Source of the DNA: Lingula anatina
Lineage: Eukaryota; Animalia; Brachiopoda
Assembly (NCBI GenBank): GCA_051362555.1
Contig: CM120645.1
Coordinates: 11,718,001-11,782,000, forward strand
Length of the DNA stretch: 64,000 nt
Direction: 5' to 3'
This document shows, one piece after another, positions 26,301 through 40,900 of this stretch. The stretch's first letter is position 1; each line of letters opens with the position of its first letter. Made by a program: the position numbers and the translations under genes. The notes beneath the pieces were generated by a model. That model had not been told where the DNA came from, made no database searches, and saw only the letters and a program-made list of their open reading frames with translations.

Positions 26301-29300
26301 TAGAAGTGGTTTATATGTGTGACTATGAATCCACGGTCCACCGATGCTCGGTTCGTATGTACCTTTAACATTTGGATTTTCATAAAGTTAGAGCAAGCTA
26401 TCAGAGTATCCTGCCAAAATTTGATTTGGATACTTTCTGCTAACTTCCTGACATAGTCATCACCAAAGTCGAGCAAGTTCTGGATTAACTTTTTTCCCAA
26501 TATGGATTCTAATATATTAGTCCAAAGCTCTTTCCTAGTAATTGGTCTTTTCAACCAAGAGATTTTTAATGATGTAATAAAACATTTTATGTCAATCATT
26601 TTAAGACCACCAGCGTTGTGATTTTGAGAGGCTACGCCCCTTTTAATCCTATCACATTTTGACCCCCATACAAAATTACAAAATTCAGTCTCAAGCAATT
26701 TATGAAATCCGTTGAGTTGGGTAGGGAGATAAATAGATGGGTAAGCTTGGAAATTAATAACGATTTTACAATCATGGTTTTGCCTATTGGGCTAAGGATG
26801 CGCTTTTTCCATTGTTTTATCTGACTTTGTACTTTTGTCATTTGCTTTTGACAATTCAGATCAATCAAGTCACTTAAATCAACTGAAAAAGTTATGCCTA
26901 ACAAGTCAAATATTTGTACCCCCAAAAAAAGTTTCCATCTGGGATGATGGTACACATCTTTACTATATTTTTTGGAACCTATCCATATTACTTTAGTTTT
27001 TGAGGCATTGATGCGTACTCCAGATATTTTTGCAAAATATTCAAGGGTTTCCAGGGAATTGAATAAAGATTCTTTCGATCCATCTAGTGTAAGTGAAGTA
27101 TCATCTGCATATTGTGAAATCTTATTCTCAGTTCCATTTATTGTTATTCCTTTTGCAAATTTATTGTTCTTTATCAGTATTGACAGGATCTCAACACCCA
27201 ATATAAATAAATAAATAAATAAAGGGGCTACTGGGTCACCTTGGCGACAACCCCTTTGGATAGAAAACTGTTTCGACAGGAAACCACATTGAAAACGAAT
27301 GCTGTAATACTAGTGTTTAGTATGTTTACCCATGTTATTAGATTTCTTCCAAAACTGAAGATGTTTTAACAGTTCTTAAAAGAACTTTATGGATGAAAGA
27401 CCAAGCTTAGGAATCAAAGGCTTTTTCGAAGCCAATCAACATCAGAAGGCCAGGGATCTGTCTATTCTCAGTATAGCCCATCAGGTTATATATTGCTCGT
27501 ATGTTATCACCCAAGTATCTACCTGGTATAAAGCCCGACTGCGATGGAAGTATGAGAGAATTCAAAGTGTGTTTTATTCTTCCACAGATACATCCGGAAA
27601 TAATCTTATAAAATACATTCAGGAGTGTAATCGGCCTTCAATTTTTTCATGTCTTTACTTGATTTGTCTCCTTTTGGGAGACAAACAATGATTCCGAGTA
27701 TTTGTGAGATTTTTATGTACAGACACAGATGTGTCTTTACATATAGCCGTCATCTGCGTCTGTCGTCGCCGTCGCCGTCGCCGTTGGCGTGCACTTTAAC
27801 CGTAAACACGATAAGTGAAAAAATGTTTTACCTTTTGGCTTGAAACTTACAGAACTGATGAATATTCATAATACGCCGGTTAAGTTCGAAAATCAGCATG
27901 ATCGGGTCATTTTTAGGGAAGTTATGTTTTTTTTCACTTTTTTCAGCAGATATGCAACACCGTAAACACGATAATTGAAAAACCGTGTTACCTTTTGGCT
28001 TGAAACTTACAGAACTGATGAATATTCATAATACCCCGGTCAAGTTTGAAAATCAGCACGATCAGGACATTTTTAGGGAAGTTATGCTTTTTTTTCACCT
28101 TTTTTCAGCAGATATGCAACACCGTAAACACGATAAGTGAAAAAACGTTTTACCTTTTGGCTTGAAACTTACAGAACTGATGAATATTCATAATACGCCT
28201 GTCAAGTTCGAAAATCAGCATGATCGAGTCATTTTTAGAGAAGTTATGCTGTTTTTTTCACTTTTTTCAGCATATATGCAGCACCGATAACACGATAAGT
28301 GGAAAACCATTTTACCTTTTGGCTTGAAACTTACAAAACTGATGAATATTCATAATCTGCAGGTCAAGTTCGAAAATCAGCATGATCGGGTCATTTTTAG
28401 GGAAGTTACGCTATTTTTTCACTTTTTCAGCATATATGCAACACCGATAACACGATAAGTGAAATACCGTTTTACCTTTTGGCTTGAAACTTACAGAATT
28501 GATGAATATTTATAATACGCAGGTCAAGTTCGAAAATCAGCATGATCGGGCCATTTTTAGGGAAGTTATGCTGTTTTATTCACTTTTTTCAGCATATATG
28601 CAGCACTGATAACACAATATAAGAACAACAGATGGGTAAATTGTCATTATACTCACAGGACTGATCAAGCTTACTAAAACGTAGGATGAAAATCAGCATA
28701 ATCGGGCCATTATTTTAGAAGTTATGCTGTTTTTTTACATTTCCTCAGATTCAATGCATTGTTAGGCATGTTAACAGTCTCATTATTGAACTAATAAGAT
28801 ACGTAAAAGTGTTTGTTTGACATTTCCTGTATCTTTATAACATTGTTAGTTGATTATGTAAAAATGATGGTAAACTTGTTATTGTGTATTATGTTATAAA
28901 GTGTCAAAAATGGAAATAAACTCATATCATTGCAGTTTGTCAGATTTAATCATTCACTATGTTAAGCATCTGCAAATGGAGCAAATTGGACATTGAAAAT
29001 TGTTCTATTAATGTTTTTCCTATGTCAACAATTTTCCTAGTTGAACATTTAAAAATGACAGTTTATTGATTATTTTGTTTTAAAAAAGGTGTTGAAAATG
29101 GAAAGAAAATCATTTCAGTACATTTATCTCGTTTACATTTTGGCATTTTGAAAGTGTGTCTCTGAACTTCCATGGCCTTGAAGACCTTCCCAAATCACAT
29201 TTTCTGAATATTCATGATACTTTTATTTTTTTATAAAAAATTTAATGGTCATTATGCTGTTAAGTATTATGTTATATTGCATGAAAGTTGAAGAAAACCC

Positions 29301-32300
29301 TATTTTGGACACTGCTGCCAGGATAGCGATTAAGGGAAAACCATGTTACTTAATATACCAAAACTTACTGAAAAGTTTCATAAGACAGAAGTGTAGCTTG
29401 TGTTTGAAAACCAGTGTGGTTGTTTTCTGTTTTGGAAGCAATGCAGGTTTATAGAGTGCTATACTATGGCATTTTCAAGTTGTGACTTATCACTCCCATC
29501 TGCCAGGAACCCTGTACTCTTACTTTGAAACATTTTCTGTACTTTGTTAAGTTACAAGAATGATTCTTAGGATTGACATACAGCCCAAAAAAATAATAAA
29601 TTATATATATATATATATATATAGATAGATAGATAGATAGATAGATAGATTTTTTTAATGAGTTTAAGCAATTTTTTTGTGTAATTTTCACTGTACCTCA
29701 TTCTGGCATTTCCAAAGTTTAACTCTTATCAGCCTGACACCTTAGGGACTATGTCCAGACCCTATCACGCTAACTGTGGAGATCGATTTATCTCCATGGG
29801 AATTCTCGCTAAATTGCAATCAATATAAGTGGCTTAGCTGTCTGTCACGCCTACTGAAACTGGCATGCCAGAATCCTAAGACTCTCAAGCTGAAAGCAAT
29901 TTAGTGAGAAACCCCTTGGAGTTGGATTGATCCTGTTAGATTGATCTAGGTATGGGAACTCAGTCTAATTCTTGATACACATTTTACTTTCATCCTAATC
30001 CAATGTTATGCAGAATTGCCAATGTTGGCTATGCAGTTACAGTAAGCATAATACATTAGTTCATCAGAATTGACAGTATCCTATTTCCTGCGTTTTTATT
30101 TTCTGGTTTTTGTCTGTACATTTGACAGCTTTGCTGCCTTGTTTTTAATAAAAATATCATTTATAGCACTTTTAATAAAGTACTTGAGATCATTCCAAAA
30201 AAAAATTGTAGAACTCGGCTGTAAAGTCACCACTTCCTGGGGACCTGTTATTCTTCATTGATTTAATAACACTTAGGATTTCAGTTAATGTAAATTGTTG
30301 ATCTAATTCCTGAGCAGTAACATTGTCCAATTTATTAAAGGAAAACGGTTCTAGTATATTATTGAGGTCTACATCTATTTCATTTTCTTTGCTTGAATAC
30401 AAATTTTCATAGAAAAGTTTCACCTCATGAAGGATTTCTGACTGTTCATAAAGTGTTCCTTTTCCATCTATATCTAGCACCTGAATAGTTTTGTTCAGAA
30501 CGTTTCTGGACTATAAACCACAAAAAAATATTGCGTCGGTTTCTCCCCCTCGTCAACCCATTGTGCGCGTGATCTTATCATGCTTCCCCGTAGTTTCTCT
30601 TTCCTTAATGTTTCTAGTGATTGTATTTTTTCTTCCAAGATGCCATTATGTACCAGATTTCCTGCGTCATTGTCGTCTTTAAGTTTTTGTATATCATCAA
30701 TAAGTTCCTTTTCCTTCTTATTCTTATCCTTTTTCTTAGCACTTGCATGTGATATAGTTACATGTACTCCCCTTATTTCCATTATTAGTACTTCCAAAAA
30801 TAGACTATCGGATATGGATAATTGCAGGTCTTCTTCTGGAATACAGTCAATTATGGATACTTTATACAAGATATTGACATATTGTTTTTTATTATTTTAA
30901 TGGTTAGTTTTACTTTGTCAACAAACTCTCTGTCGGTTAGCAGAGTACAATTAAATTTTCATAGACCGGGTCCCCTAACGAAGTCATTAAATTTTAGTTC
31001 AAAGACCACTGACGAGTGATCTGATTTGTAACCCGCTTTTATTGAGATGTCCGTGACCAGATTTGATAGGTTATCTGATATTAGGATATAATCAAGCCAA
31101 CCATGTTTAACTGGGTTCTTTTTGTGCCATGTGTATGCTCTTTTGGAAGGATTAATAACTTTTGAGTAATCTACCAGATCCAATTCATCCACAGTTTCAA
31201 TTAGTTTTTTTTTCTAGCTCTTGGGTTATTATTCCTATTGTAGATAAAAGTATCTAAAATTGGATCCATTGTGATATTAAGATCTCCGCACACTATAATG
31301 TTTGTATTTGCAAAATCAAGTATGGATTCCCTAACCTTATCAAAGAATTCAGGATATTCCTCATTCGGACCATAAATGTTAAATAGTGTGACTCGACAGC
31401 CATTAATAGTTAGGTCTACTGCGAGTAAGTTACCCTTATCATCTTGTGTTTTTTTATGCACAGCTAACTCAAAATTGTTGTTAAAAAGAATTGCAACTCC
31501 TCTACAATTTGAGCAGTATGAATTAAAGATACAAGTATAGCCCAATTATGTTTCAATGTAGGGCTGTAGTTTTGTTGTAAAGTGCGTATCCTGAAGGCAT
31601 ATCGCTGAATATTTTCTCCCATTATAATAATTTAAAATGTCTTTCCGCTTCTCTGGATTACCTAATCCAGATGGCTGTAGCGGACCACGAGTAAATGAAG
31701 AAACACCGTTGGATAAGACTGCTGTTTATTCACGCAGTGTGAACAGAACTGAACAGAATCTGAACAGAAACTGGTGAAAACTATAAAAAGAAAAGAAGAA
31801 GAAAAAATAATAATAACAATACAGTAAAATATTGTGATAAATAAATTAAATATACTAAATAACTTAAATCATGTGATCTTGACAAAAAAAATCGATTTTT
31901 ACATAGGCCTACGTGTAAGTTTACTTCACTAATTATTTATATTTTAATTTTAAACACTTACACTTAAACAAAATCCATACTCGTTTTTTCCGCTGCCAAC
32001 TGGCTGCTCAGAGCCGGCCATGACAATCTGAGCTGGTACTGTAATAAAAATGTAAAGGTGTTTTTTTAATTGTTTTTTTTTTATTTCTGATCTTATTTCT
32101 GCTATTTGGTCCATCGTTATTTTTTTCCTCTGCACTACAGTTAGCAACCTCAGAATGTGGTCTCTTAGCTGACTGAATGTCAGATTTACTGGTTAGAGTG
32201 CTAGTCAGAAAGCTGGTCATACTGCCTACAGCCTTTTCTCCTGTGGGCTTATTCTTGTTCTTACTAGCTGTTGCCATTGTTCTAAATTGCTCACCCTATA

Positions 32301-34382
32301 GTATCAGTTACGGTTAATTGATTTCTTCTGGTGTGTATGCTAATTCACTTTTTAGTGACAAGTACTCACTACTCATGCCCACATTTGCCTCTATTCTAAT
32401 AGACTTATTGGTGAAAAAAATGCCTTCTGTGATTTCTATATCACTTATTTAGTCATCGTTATGTGCTTCCTATGTCCATGGACCAACTCACGTACTTTTA
32501 CCATTCACATTGTGATATTTCTCTGTGAATTTAGTTTTTCTTTACCAGCTCTCTTCCCTTCCTTCCTTGTCCTACAGTCATTCCAAGACAAGCCTGGAAT
32601 TTTGTGTATTCTGTCTCAATGTCGAGTTTTAAAACAATTCCTTCCTTTATTCATAAGGCCACACTTTTTTATTTTTATGGATGTCATCCTCTGGTAACCC
32701 CGAAATTGGTGCGAGAGGGCGAAAAAAAAAACAGTCCAAAAAAAAAGAATACTGCTTAAGTAAAAGAATGCTGTCAGTACACAGCTGGAAACACAAATTT
32801 ACCACAGAAACAAGTATCAAACAAACAATATGTCTTTATCCATGCTCTCAAAATATTAAAGCATTGTGAATACTTCGTAGAAAGGTAAAAAAAGTCATGA
32901 ATAGATATGCTGCATATTACCAAATCTATTTAAGGTTATTTCGTGCATTTTGTTGGTATAGCAATCACTAAAACACATATCAAACAAACAGTGTGTCTTT
33001 ATTTGTACTCTCAGAATATTGAAGCACTATGAACACTTCACAGAAATGTTTAAAAATGATGCAAAGATATGCTTAATTCTACCAAATATATTAAAGGTCA
33101 TTTCGTGCGATGCCCTTTTGTCTACTTCGACCCACACAAAGCAGCCAAACTGTCGGGTGGTCCGTCTCACCTTCAATCAGCCCACCAAATACCTCGACGC
33201 CCATGTCGTCTTTTTTTTTTCGCTACAAAAAAACCTGATACCAGTATGTTGTACCAGGCGCAAGGCAGAACGGCCGGATAGCTCAGGCGATAGAGCACTA
33301 ACCCTGTGAGCGAGAGGTCCCGGGTTCGAGCCCTCGTCTGGTAGGTGACTATTACGCTCTCCCAAAAAAAAAAAAAAAAAAAGCGCTACAAAGTGCTGCT
33401 TTGGACAGAATGTCACTGAAATGTTCCTGGCGACAATCGCTGGCCATTGGCAGCCTTTCGTGCAATTGTAAAAAGGTGATCGATATCAATGGCATACCAA
33501 TCCAAAACGTCGGCCGCCGTTCTCTTTTTGTCTTTTATTGAAAGTAATCCTAGAGATGAATTTGACGGCAAAGCGGACATATTTCCACGTGGCGATAATA
33601 CGCATGCGCAGAAAGCTCATTTTCCGGCCTATTCAATAACGACGTTTTTTTTATGCGTTTATTCACTCAAAGAAAAAAAAGAAAATATACATATATAATG
33701 AAATATTTAAACAGATAATCAAAGATTGAATGCATGTAAAACAATGCTGATGATAATTACGGTAATTAAATACTAATAGATAAATAAAAAGAGCGTAAAT
33801 ATATAGAAATACTCTCACTCACTCATCCATCCACGCATACTACGCGTATACATGCTTGTTGTGAGCTACATATCGGCAACTATAACATATATAATGAAAT
33901 ATTTAGACAGATAATCAAAGATTAAATGCATATAATACTGATAATAATTACGGTAATTAAATACTGATAAATAAATAAGAACATAAATATATAGACATAC
34001 TTTCACTCACTCTTCCATCCATACATTATACACGTATACATGCTTGTTGTGAACTACATAACGGCAACTATAGCGTACTAAAGGTGAAAATTTTAACACG
34101 TTATGGTAGGAATGCGTTTCCATTTTGTATTAAACCTATCTTCTTTTCCTGTCTTTAAAGCAATGTATTTTTCTATTTTCTTCTTCTGGCTAAGAAAATA
34201 CAGAAACAGTTCAAAATCATAGTCTGATGGATTTTCTGAATTTTTGTTTATGAATTGTTTAGCCACAATAATACAGAAATTTAAAGCTTTTACGCGCTGG
34301 TCGCTTGACAGACACCCGTACATTAAAGTTTTTTTATGTACAGACACAGATGTGTCTGTACATATAGCCATCATCTGCGTCT

Positions 34383-34413
<31 letters not shown>

Positions 34414-37400
34414 CCGTGCACTTTTACCGATAACACGATAAGTGGAAAACCATTTTGCCTTTTCATTTGAAACTTGCAGAACTGATGAATATTCATAATA
34501 CGCAGGTCAAGTTCGAAAATCAGCATGATCGGGACACTCTTAGGGAATTTATGCTGTTTTTTCACTTTTTTCAACATATATGCAGCACTGATAACACGAT
34601 AAGAGGAAAACCATTGTACCTTTTGACTTGAAACTTACAGAACTGATGAATATTCATAATACGCCGGTTAAGTTCGAAAATCAGCATGATTGGGCCATTT
34701 TTAGGGAATTTATGCTGTTTTTTTCACTTTTTCAGCATATATGCAACACCGTAAACACGATAATTGAAAAACCGTGTTACCTTTTGGCTTGAAACTTACA
34801 GAACTGATTAATATTCATAATACACAGGTCAAGTTCGAAAATCAGCATGATTGGGTCATTTTTAGGGAATTTATGCTGTTTTTTCACTTTTTTTCTGCAT
34901 ATATGCAGCACTGATAACACAATAAGTGGAAAACTGTTTTTTTTCATTTGGCTTGAAACTTACAGAATTAATGAATATTCATAATACGCAGGTCAAGTTT
35001 GAAAATCAGCAAGATCGGGCAATTTTTATGGAAGTTATCCTGTTTTTTTTTTTTTCCAATTTTTTCAGCACTTTTATAACACCGATAACATGATAAGTGT
35101 AAAAATGTTTTTCCTTTCCTTGGATTGAAATTTACAGAACTGGTGAATATTTATAATACGCAGGTCAAGTTTGAAAATTGGCATGATTGGACTATTTTTA
35201 CAAAAGTAATGCTGTTTTTTTCCCTTTATTTAGCATACATGCAACACTGATAACGCATTTTAAGGAAAACAAATCAGCCTTTTGTCTTGCAACTCACAGG
35301 AGTGATCAATCTGACCAGTATACAGATCAAGTTTGAAAATAAGCTTGATCAGTTAAGTTTTGATGAAGTTATTAGCCTTTTTGTATATAAGTGGTTTTTC
35401 TTCAGATTTAATTCTTAAGCATGTTAACAGTCTCATAACAGTACTAATTGGATATGTTAAAGTGTTGTTTTAACATTTTCTGCTTCTTAACAATATTGTT
35501 AGTTGATTATATAAAAATGACGGTAAACCTATTATCCTGCATTGTGTAATAAAGTATCAAAAATGGAAAGGAACTCATCATTGCAGTTCGTCAGATTCAA
35601 TCATTTACTATGTTCAGAATCTCCAAATGGAGCTAATTGGACATTATAAATTGTTCTATTGATATTTTTCCTATGTCAACAATTTTCCTAGTTGATCATT
35701 TAAAAATGACAGTTAATTGATGATGGTTTTATGTAAAAAAGGTGTTGAAAATGGAAAGAAAATCATTTCAGTACAGTTATCTCTTGTTAACATTTTGGCA
35801 TTTTGAAAGTGTGACCCTAACTTCCATGTCCTTGGAGACCTTTCCATATCACATTTTCTGAATATCCATGATACTTTTATTTTTTTATAAAAAATTTGAT
35901 GGTCATTATGCTGTAAAGTATTATGTTATATTGCATGAAAGTTAAAGAAAACCCTATTTTGGACACTGCTGCCAGGATAGCGATTAAGGGAAAACCATGT
36001 TACTTATGATAATCAACCTTACTGAAAAGACTGAAGTGCAGCTTGTGTTGGAAAACCATCGTAATTGTTTTCTGTTTTGAAAGCAATGCAGTACAGTGCT
36101 ATTTGGTGCAATAAATGTATATGGATAGTAGGCAGTTAATTCAGGGTTATAAAATAATTTGCTTAATTGATTTTCAAGTTATTTCAGGGTTATAAAATAA
36201 TTTGCTTAATTAATTTTCAAGTGGGTATTAAATGAGATTACATAAACACACATTGAGATTTCATTGTAAAGTCCCATCGGTTTAGCTTTCTTAACTGTGT
36301 CACATAATTAGGAATCGATGATTATTATGCAGGTAAATGTTATTTAATATGGAAAATAAGTTTACAAAAAAAAATTTGTGTAACGCTTACATTAATGCTA
36401 AAGATGAATAACAGTGCCTTATTATTCTCAAACTCAATAGGGTTATTCATATCATGTTAGTAATTGTACAGCTAGATTAAAAGTTTGAATAGCAGCTTTA
36501 TTGGTATTTTTTGTTATGTTTTATTTTACATTTTCTTTTAATTTTTTTATGCTGTTTTTTCACTTTTTTCAACATATATGCAACATTAATAACACAATAT
36601 AAGAAAAACAGCTTAGCCAATTGTCATTATACTCACAGGAGTGGTCAATCTTACAAAAATGCAGGTTGAGTTCGAAAATCAGCGTTATCGGGCCATTATT
36701 TTAGAAGTTGTACTGTTTTTTTCAAATTTCCTCAGATTCAATTCTTAGGCATGTTAACAGTCTCATTATTGAACTAATAAGATACGTAAAAGTGTTTGTT
36801 TGATATTTCCTGCATCTTTACAACATTGTTAGTTGATTATGTAAAAATGATGGTAAACTTGTTATCATGTATTGTGTAATCAAGTGTCCAAAACGGAAAT
36901 AAACTCATATCATTGCAGTTTGTCAGATTCAATCATCCACATCTGCCATGATGACCATGATGGGAAAACCGTGTTACTCATGATTGTCAAACTTTCAAAA
37001 AAGAAACACAGGACTAAAATGCAGCCCAAGTTGGAAAAGCAGTCTAATGGGCTTCTTTTTCTGGAAGTTATACATTTTAGTGAAATATTCATTATCTTTT
37101 TGGCATATTCATTGTGGGACTCGGAGCTCCCATGGACATGAAGCCAGATGGTAATCAAATTTTCTACATGTTCATGCTATTTATAGTCAATAATCAAAAA
37201 TTGGTGATAATTATTCTATAATTTATTATGTAATGTTACATCAAAATTGACAATAATCTTTTTGCACTGCTACTGCAAACATTATGAAAAGAAAACTGTG
37301 TTATTTATTATTATATTTAACTTAAGAGTATGATTTTTAGGATTGGCATGCAGTTCAAATTAGAAAGCCAGGTCAATTGGGTTATCATTTATTATTGAAT

Positions 37401-37880
37401 TTAATGCAATTTTGTGTGAAATTTCATTTTTCTCATTCTGGCACTTTCTAAGTATAAACTTGAACTCTGATGGGCCTGAAGCCTTATGCTTTTACTTTCG
37501 TCGTTGTTACCTGTTGTGCAAAATTAAAATTTGATGTTGACTGTGCAGTTAAACATAATGTATTATTGCATCAGAAGTGGTAGTCTCCTATTTTGTGCAT
37601 TATTGTTTTGTGCTCTTCTTAAGTTGTGACTTATGGGCCTGAAAGACCTTTGAGAGGGTCAGTCTATAAATTTCCCTTGGGTATCACTTCGCTAATTTCA
37701 GTTATAAAGTAATTTGCCTAATTGATAGGCTACATAAAGCACACTTGTGATTTGAGATTACATAAAGCACACTTGTTGATATTTCCCTGTAAACTCCCAT
37801 AGGTTAAGCTCTCTGCTAGATTAATAATAAGGAAGCAGTGATAATTATGCAGGTAAATTTTGTTTAATATTGCAAATAAG

Positions 37881-37952
<72 letters not shown>

Positions 37953-40900
37953 AACTGAAAGATTAAAAGTTTGAATAGCAGCTTCATTGGAATTATATTT
38001 ACCTCTGCCAAGGAGGTTATATTTTCACCCCTGTTTGTCATCAACATAACTCAAAAAGTTATGGACCGATTTTACTGAAATTTTCAGGAACTGTCAGAAG
38101 TGGGCCAAAGAGGACAAAAATCAATAATAATCAACAATTGCTACCTTGGCAGAGGTCTGCACTCTCGGATTGCCTTTCTAGTTTTGTTATGTTTTCCTTT
38201 ATAATTTTTTCTCAAACACTTGCATTTGTGACTTTTAACTCTCATCCGCCTGAGACTCTGACATTTCTGTATTTCCACATAAGCAGTTGTATTGTTTTTT
38301 ATGTCTTTAAACATTATGTTACTTATGTAATATTATTTTATGCACTGTCATCATTTTTCAAATATTGAGACTTACATCATGTGAATTTGAACTCTCATGG
38401 TCCTGAAACTGTAATCTTATTGAAAGGGTAGATTGAGACCATCTTCTGGGACTTCCGGAAGACAGTCAGGTTATTAAGTTTATATTGCCTGGTATCTATT
38501 TTTTCTTCTGTTGGAAGACCATCAAAATGGAGGATGGATCAAAATAGATACTTTGGAATACTGTCAGAGAATATCTCTGGGTCCGCTAATGTTATTGACC
38601 ATTTTACCTGTTGTGCATGATTATAAAATTCAGTGTTGACTGATAGTGCTATTATAAGCATTATTTATTATTGCATCAAAATTAACAAAATGACCTTTTT
38701 TGCATCTTTATTTTCTGTTTTTTGTCTGTACATTTGACAGCTTTGCTGCCTTGTTTTTCATTTTTTCTGAAGTGTATGGTATTATTCGGAATGTTCCACC
38801 AGTTTTCAAATGCAATCCAAAAATTTCTTGCACGTACACATTCCACAAAACGATGTATTATTGTTTCTTTCATATGGCAGTTAATACATCCTGGGCTAGT
38901 AACTATTTTCATTTTGAACAGTGTAGAATTTGTGTACAGCACATTGTGAATTATTCTGTATTGCATTACTTGTAGTTGAGTTTCTTTGACAGACTCAAAT
39001 GGTATCAAGAAAACTCTGCCAATCATTTTCACTTACGCCTGATTTGATAAGATGCAAACTTGCTGTGGGTAAATTTATTACATTTCTTTCTATTAGCTTA
39101 TCGTAAATGGTTTTTGTAGAGGCAAGAGTCCATACTATCTCATCTGAGTCTGTGTTGTCAACTGTTTCTGCATTTTCCCGAAGTTTACGTAACCATGATA
39201 TCGGAATTGATTTTTTTACTTTTTCGTATTCTAGAAAATTTGGCAGCTTAATGTCGAAGTTGTGTTGATTTATTATTTCTTCTAATGATATAAATTCACC
39301 ATTAATATTTATGATATCTTGAATATAATTTACTCCGGCTTTTGACCAATGCCTTTGATATAATGACTTTTTGTTTACAAGTATGAATCTATTATTCCAT
39401 ATTATCTGTTTCTTTATATCGCAGGCATTATTAGGGTCTGTTTGTATTAAATCACTCCATGCATCTAGCATGGCTACGTAAAAAGGTGGCATGTCCGAAT
39501 TGTTAATATTCTTCAGTTCATAATTACAACTGAAAATGAGTTTTCCTCCCACACTTCTTAAATATTTCAGTATGTTTATAACCCACGGAACATCGTTGTC
39601 AGCTAACATTATGCGCTTAACCATTGAGGCCTTCAGAGACCGCACGTGCGATGGCACATGCGTCAAATTTAAACCACCTTTACTCTTTGGGGCTATTAAT
39701 GTATGTTTCTTTAATTTTGGTTTTTTTTTCATTCCATAGAATTTTTTGAATAAAGCATCTATCCTCAAAATAATATCATTTGGGGTCTCAAGAACTGTAT
39801 TAGCATAAACCAGTTTAGCCAGACCCAATGTTTTCAGTATTTGTATCTTTCCAATCCATGTGAGGTCTCTGCTGGACCAAAGGTTAAGCAGCTTTTCAAT
39901 TTGATCAACTTTACTATCGGAGTCTAGAAACCTACAGCTTTCGTAATCATAAGAGAAATGAATTCCGAGAGCTTTCATTGGTCTATTTGGCCATAGCAAC
40001 CCGAGGGGCTTTTCGTTGTTGAATCTATTACTTCCAAGCCACAAGTTTAGTTCTAAACCAGAAATTTGTTTGAATTCAGATATTAATTTCAATGCGTTTT
40101 TAGCGGACCCAACATCATTTAGAAATAGCGTTGTATCGTCGACATATTGGCATAATTTGTGTTCATGACGATCAATAGTGATTCCCCGTATGGATGGATC
40201 TGCGCGTATTGCGCAGGCTAGTATTTCTACGGCCAGCAGGAATAGAGGGCCGGACAGTGGACACCCTTGTCTTACACCTCTTGTAATTGAAAAGAATCGC
40301 AAGGAATATCCGTTGTTTGTAATACAACTGGAAGCATAATGTCAAACCACTGACTGAAGTCAGGGCCAAAGTTAAATATTTTCAGGCATTTTTTTTATAA
40401 ATTCCCATTCAATGCAATCGAACGCTTTTTTAAAATCTAAGAAAATCGCCATCCCTTCTTTATTTTGCCTTTTTGTTGAGTACATAAGATCCCAGATGAG
40501 ACATATTTTCACCGATATATCTTTTTTTTTAACGTACCCGGTTTGGTTTTTGTTGATAATGGTTGGTAAAGGCGTTTCCATTCGTTTTGCAAGTGCTTTT
40601 GCGGCCATTTTGTAGCTTACGCTTACCAAAGAAATAGGTCGCCAGTTTTCCAAACGGTGTCTATCCTTGTCTTTTTTTGGGAATTAGTGTTATTATGCCC
40701 TGTCGTTGGCTAATACAGACTTGACATTTAATATGGAATATTTTTTCCAAATCATTTTTCATCAGTTTTTTTTCCTATTTTGCTGACTGATAAATGAAAA
40801 TAAGGATTAAAATCGTGTTTTAATAACTTTTTATTATCTCTCTGATCTCATGGTGACATCAGTTCATTGATTGAATTCGCCAGTGATGCAAACAGAAATA

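Larger units (their letters stand above)
34331..38755 (+). mobile_element. Second Helentron-associated element (same family as 27711-30143) with ~161-170-bp tandem repeats
   Basis: Same 5' ATGTACAGACAC/GTGTCTGTACAT pair, (CGT/CGC)n tract, about 6 repeat units and identical 3' end GTCTGTACATTTGACAGCTTTGCTGCCTTGTT. LINE B ORF2 reads ...HFRKNEK|TLMYGCL... across it. Confidence 0.87.

Noticed and set aside
27800-28750. Regular ~161-bp repeats as a CRISPR array
   Set aside because: Whole units repeat with no unique spacers, the context is eukaryotic and no cas genes are present; explained as HINE internal repeats.
31677-31920. Possible LTR fragment (TGTAGCGG...) inside LINE A
   Set aside because: No second LTR, CA end, PBS or TSD identifiable.
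33272-33341. Functional tRNA gene
   Set aside because: Anticodon and acceptor stems are mispaired and an A-tail follows; treated as SINE-like.
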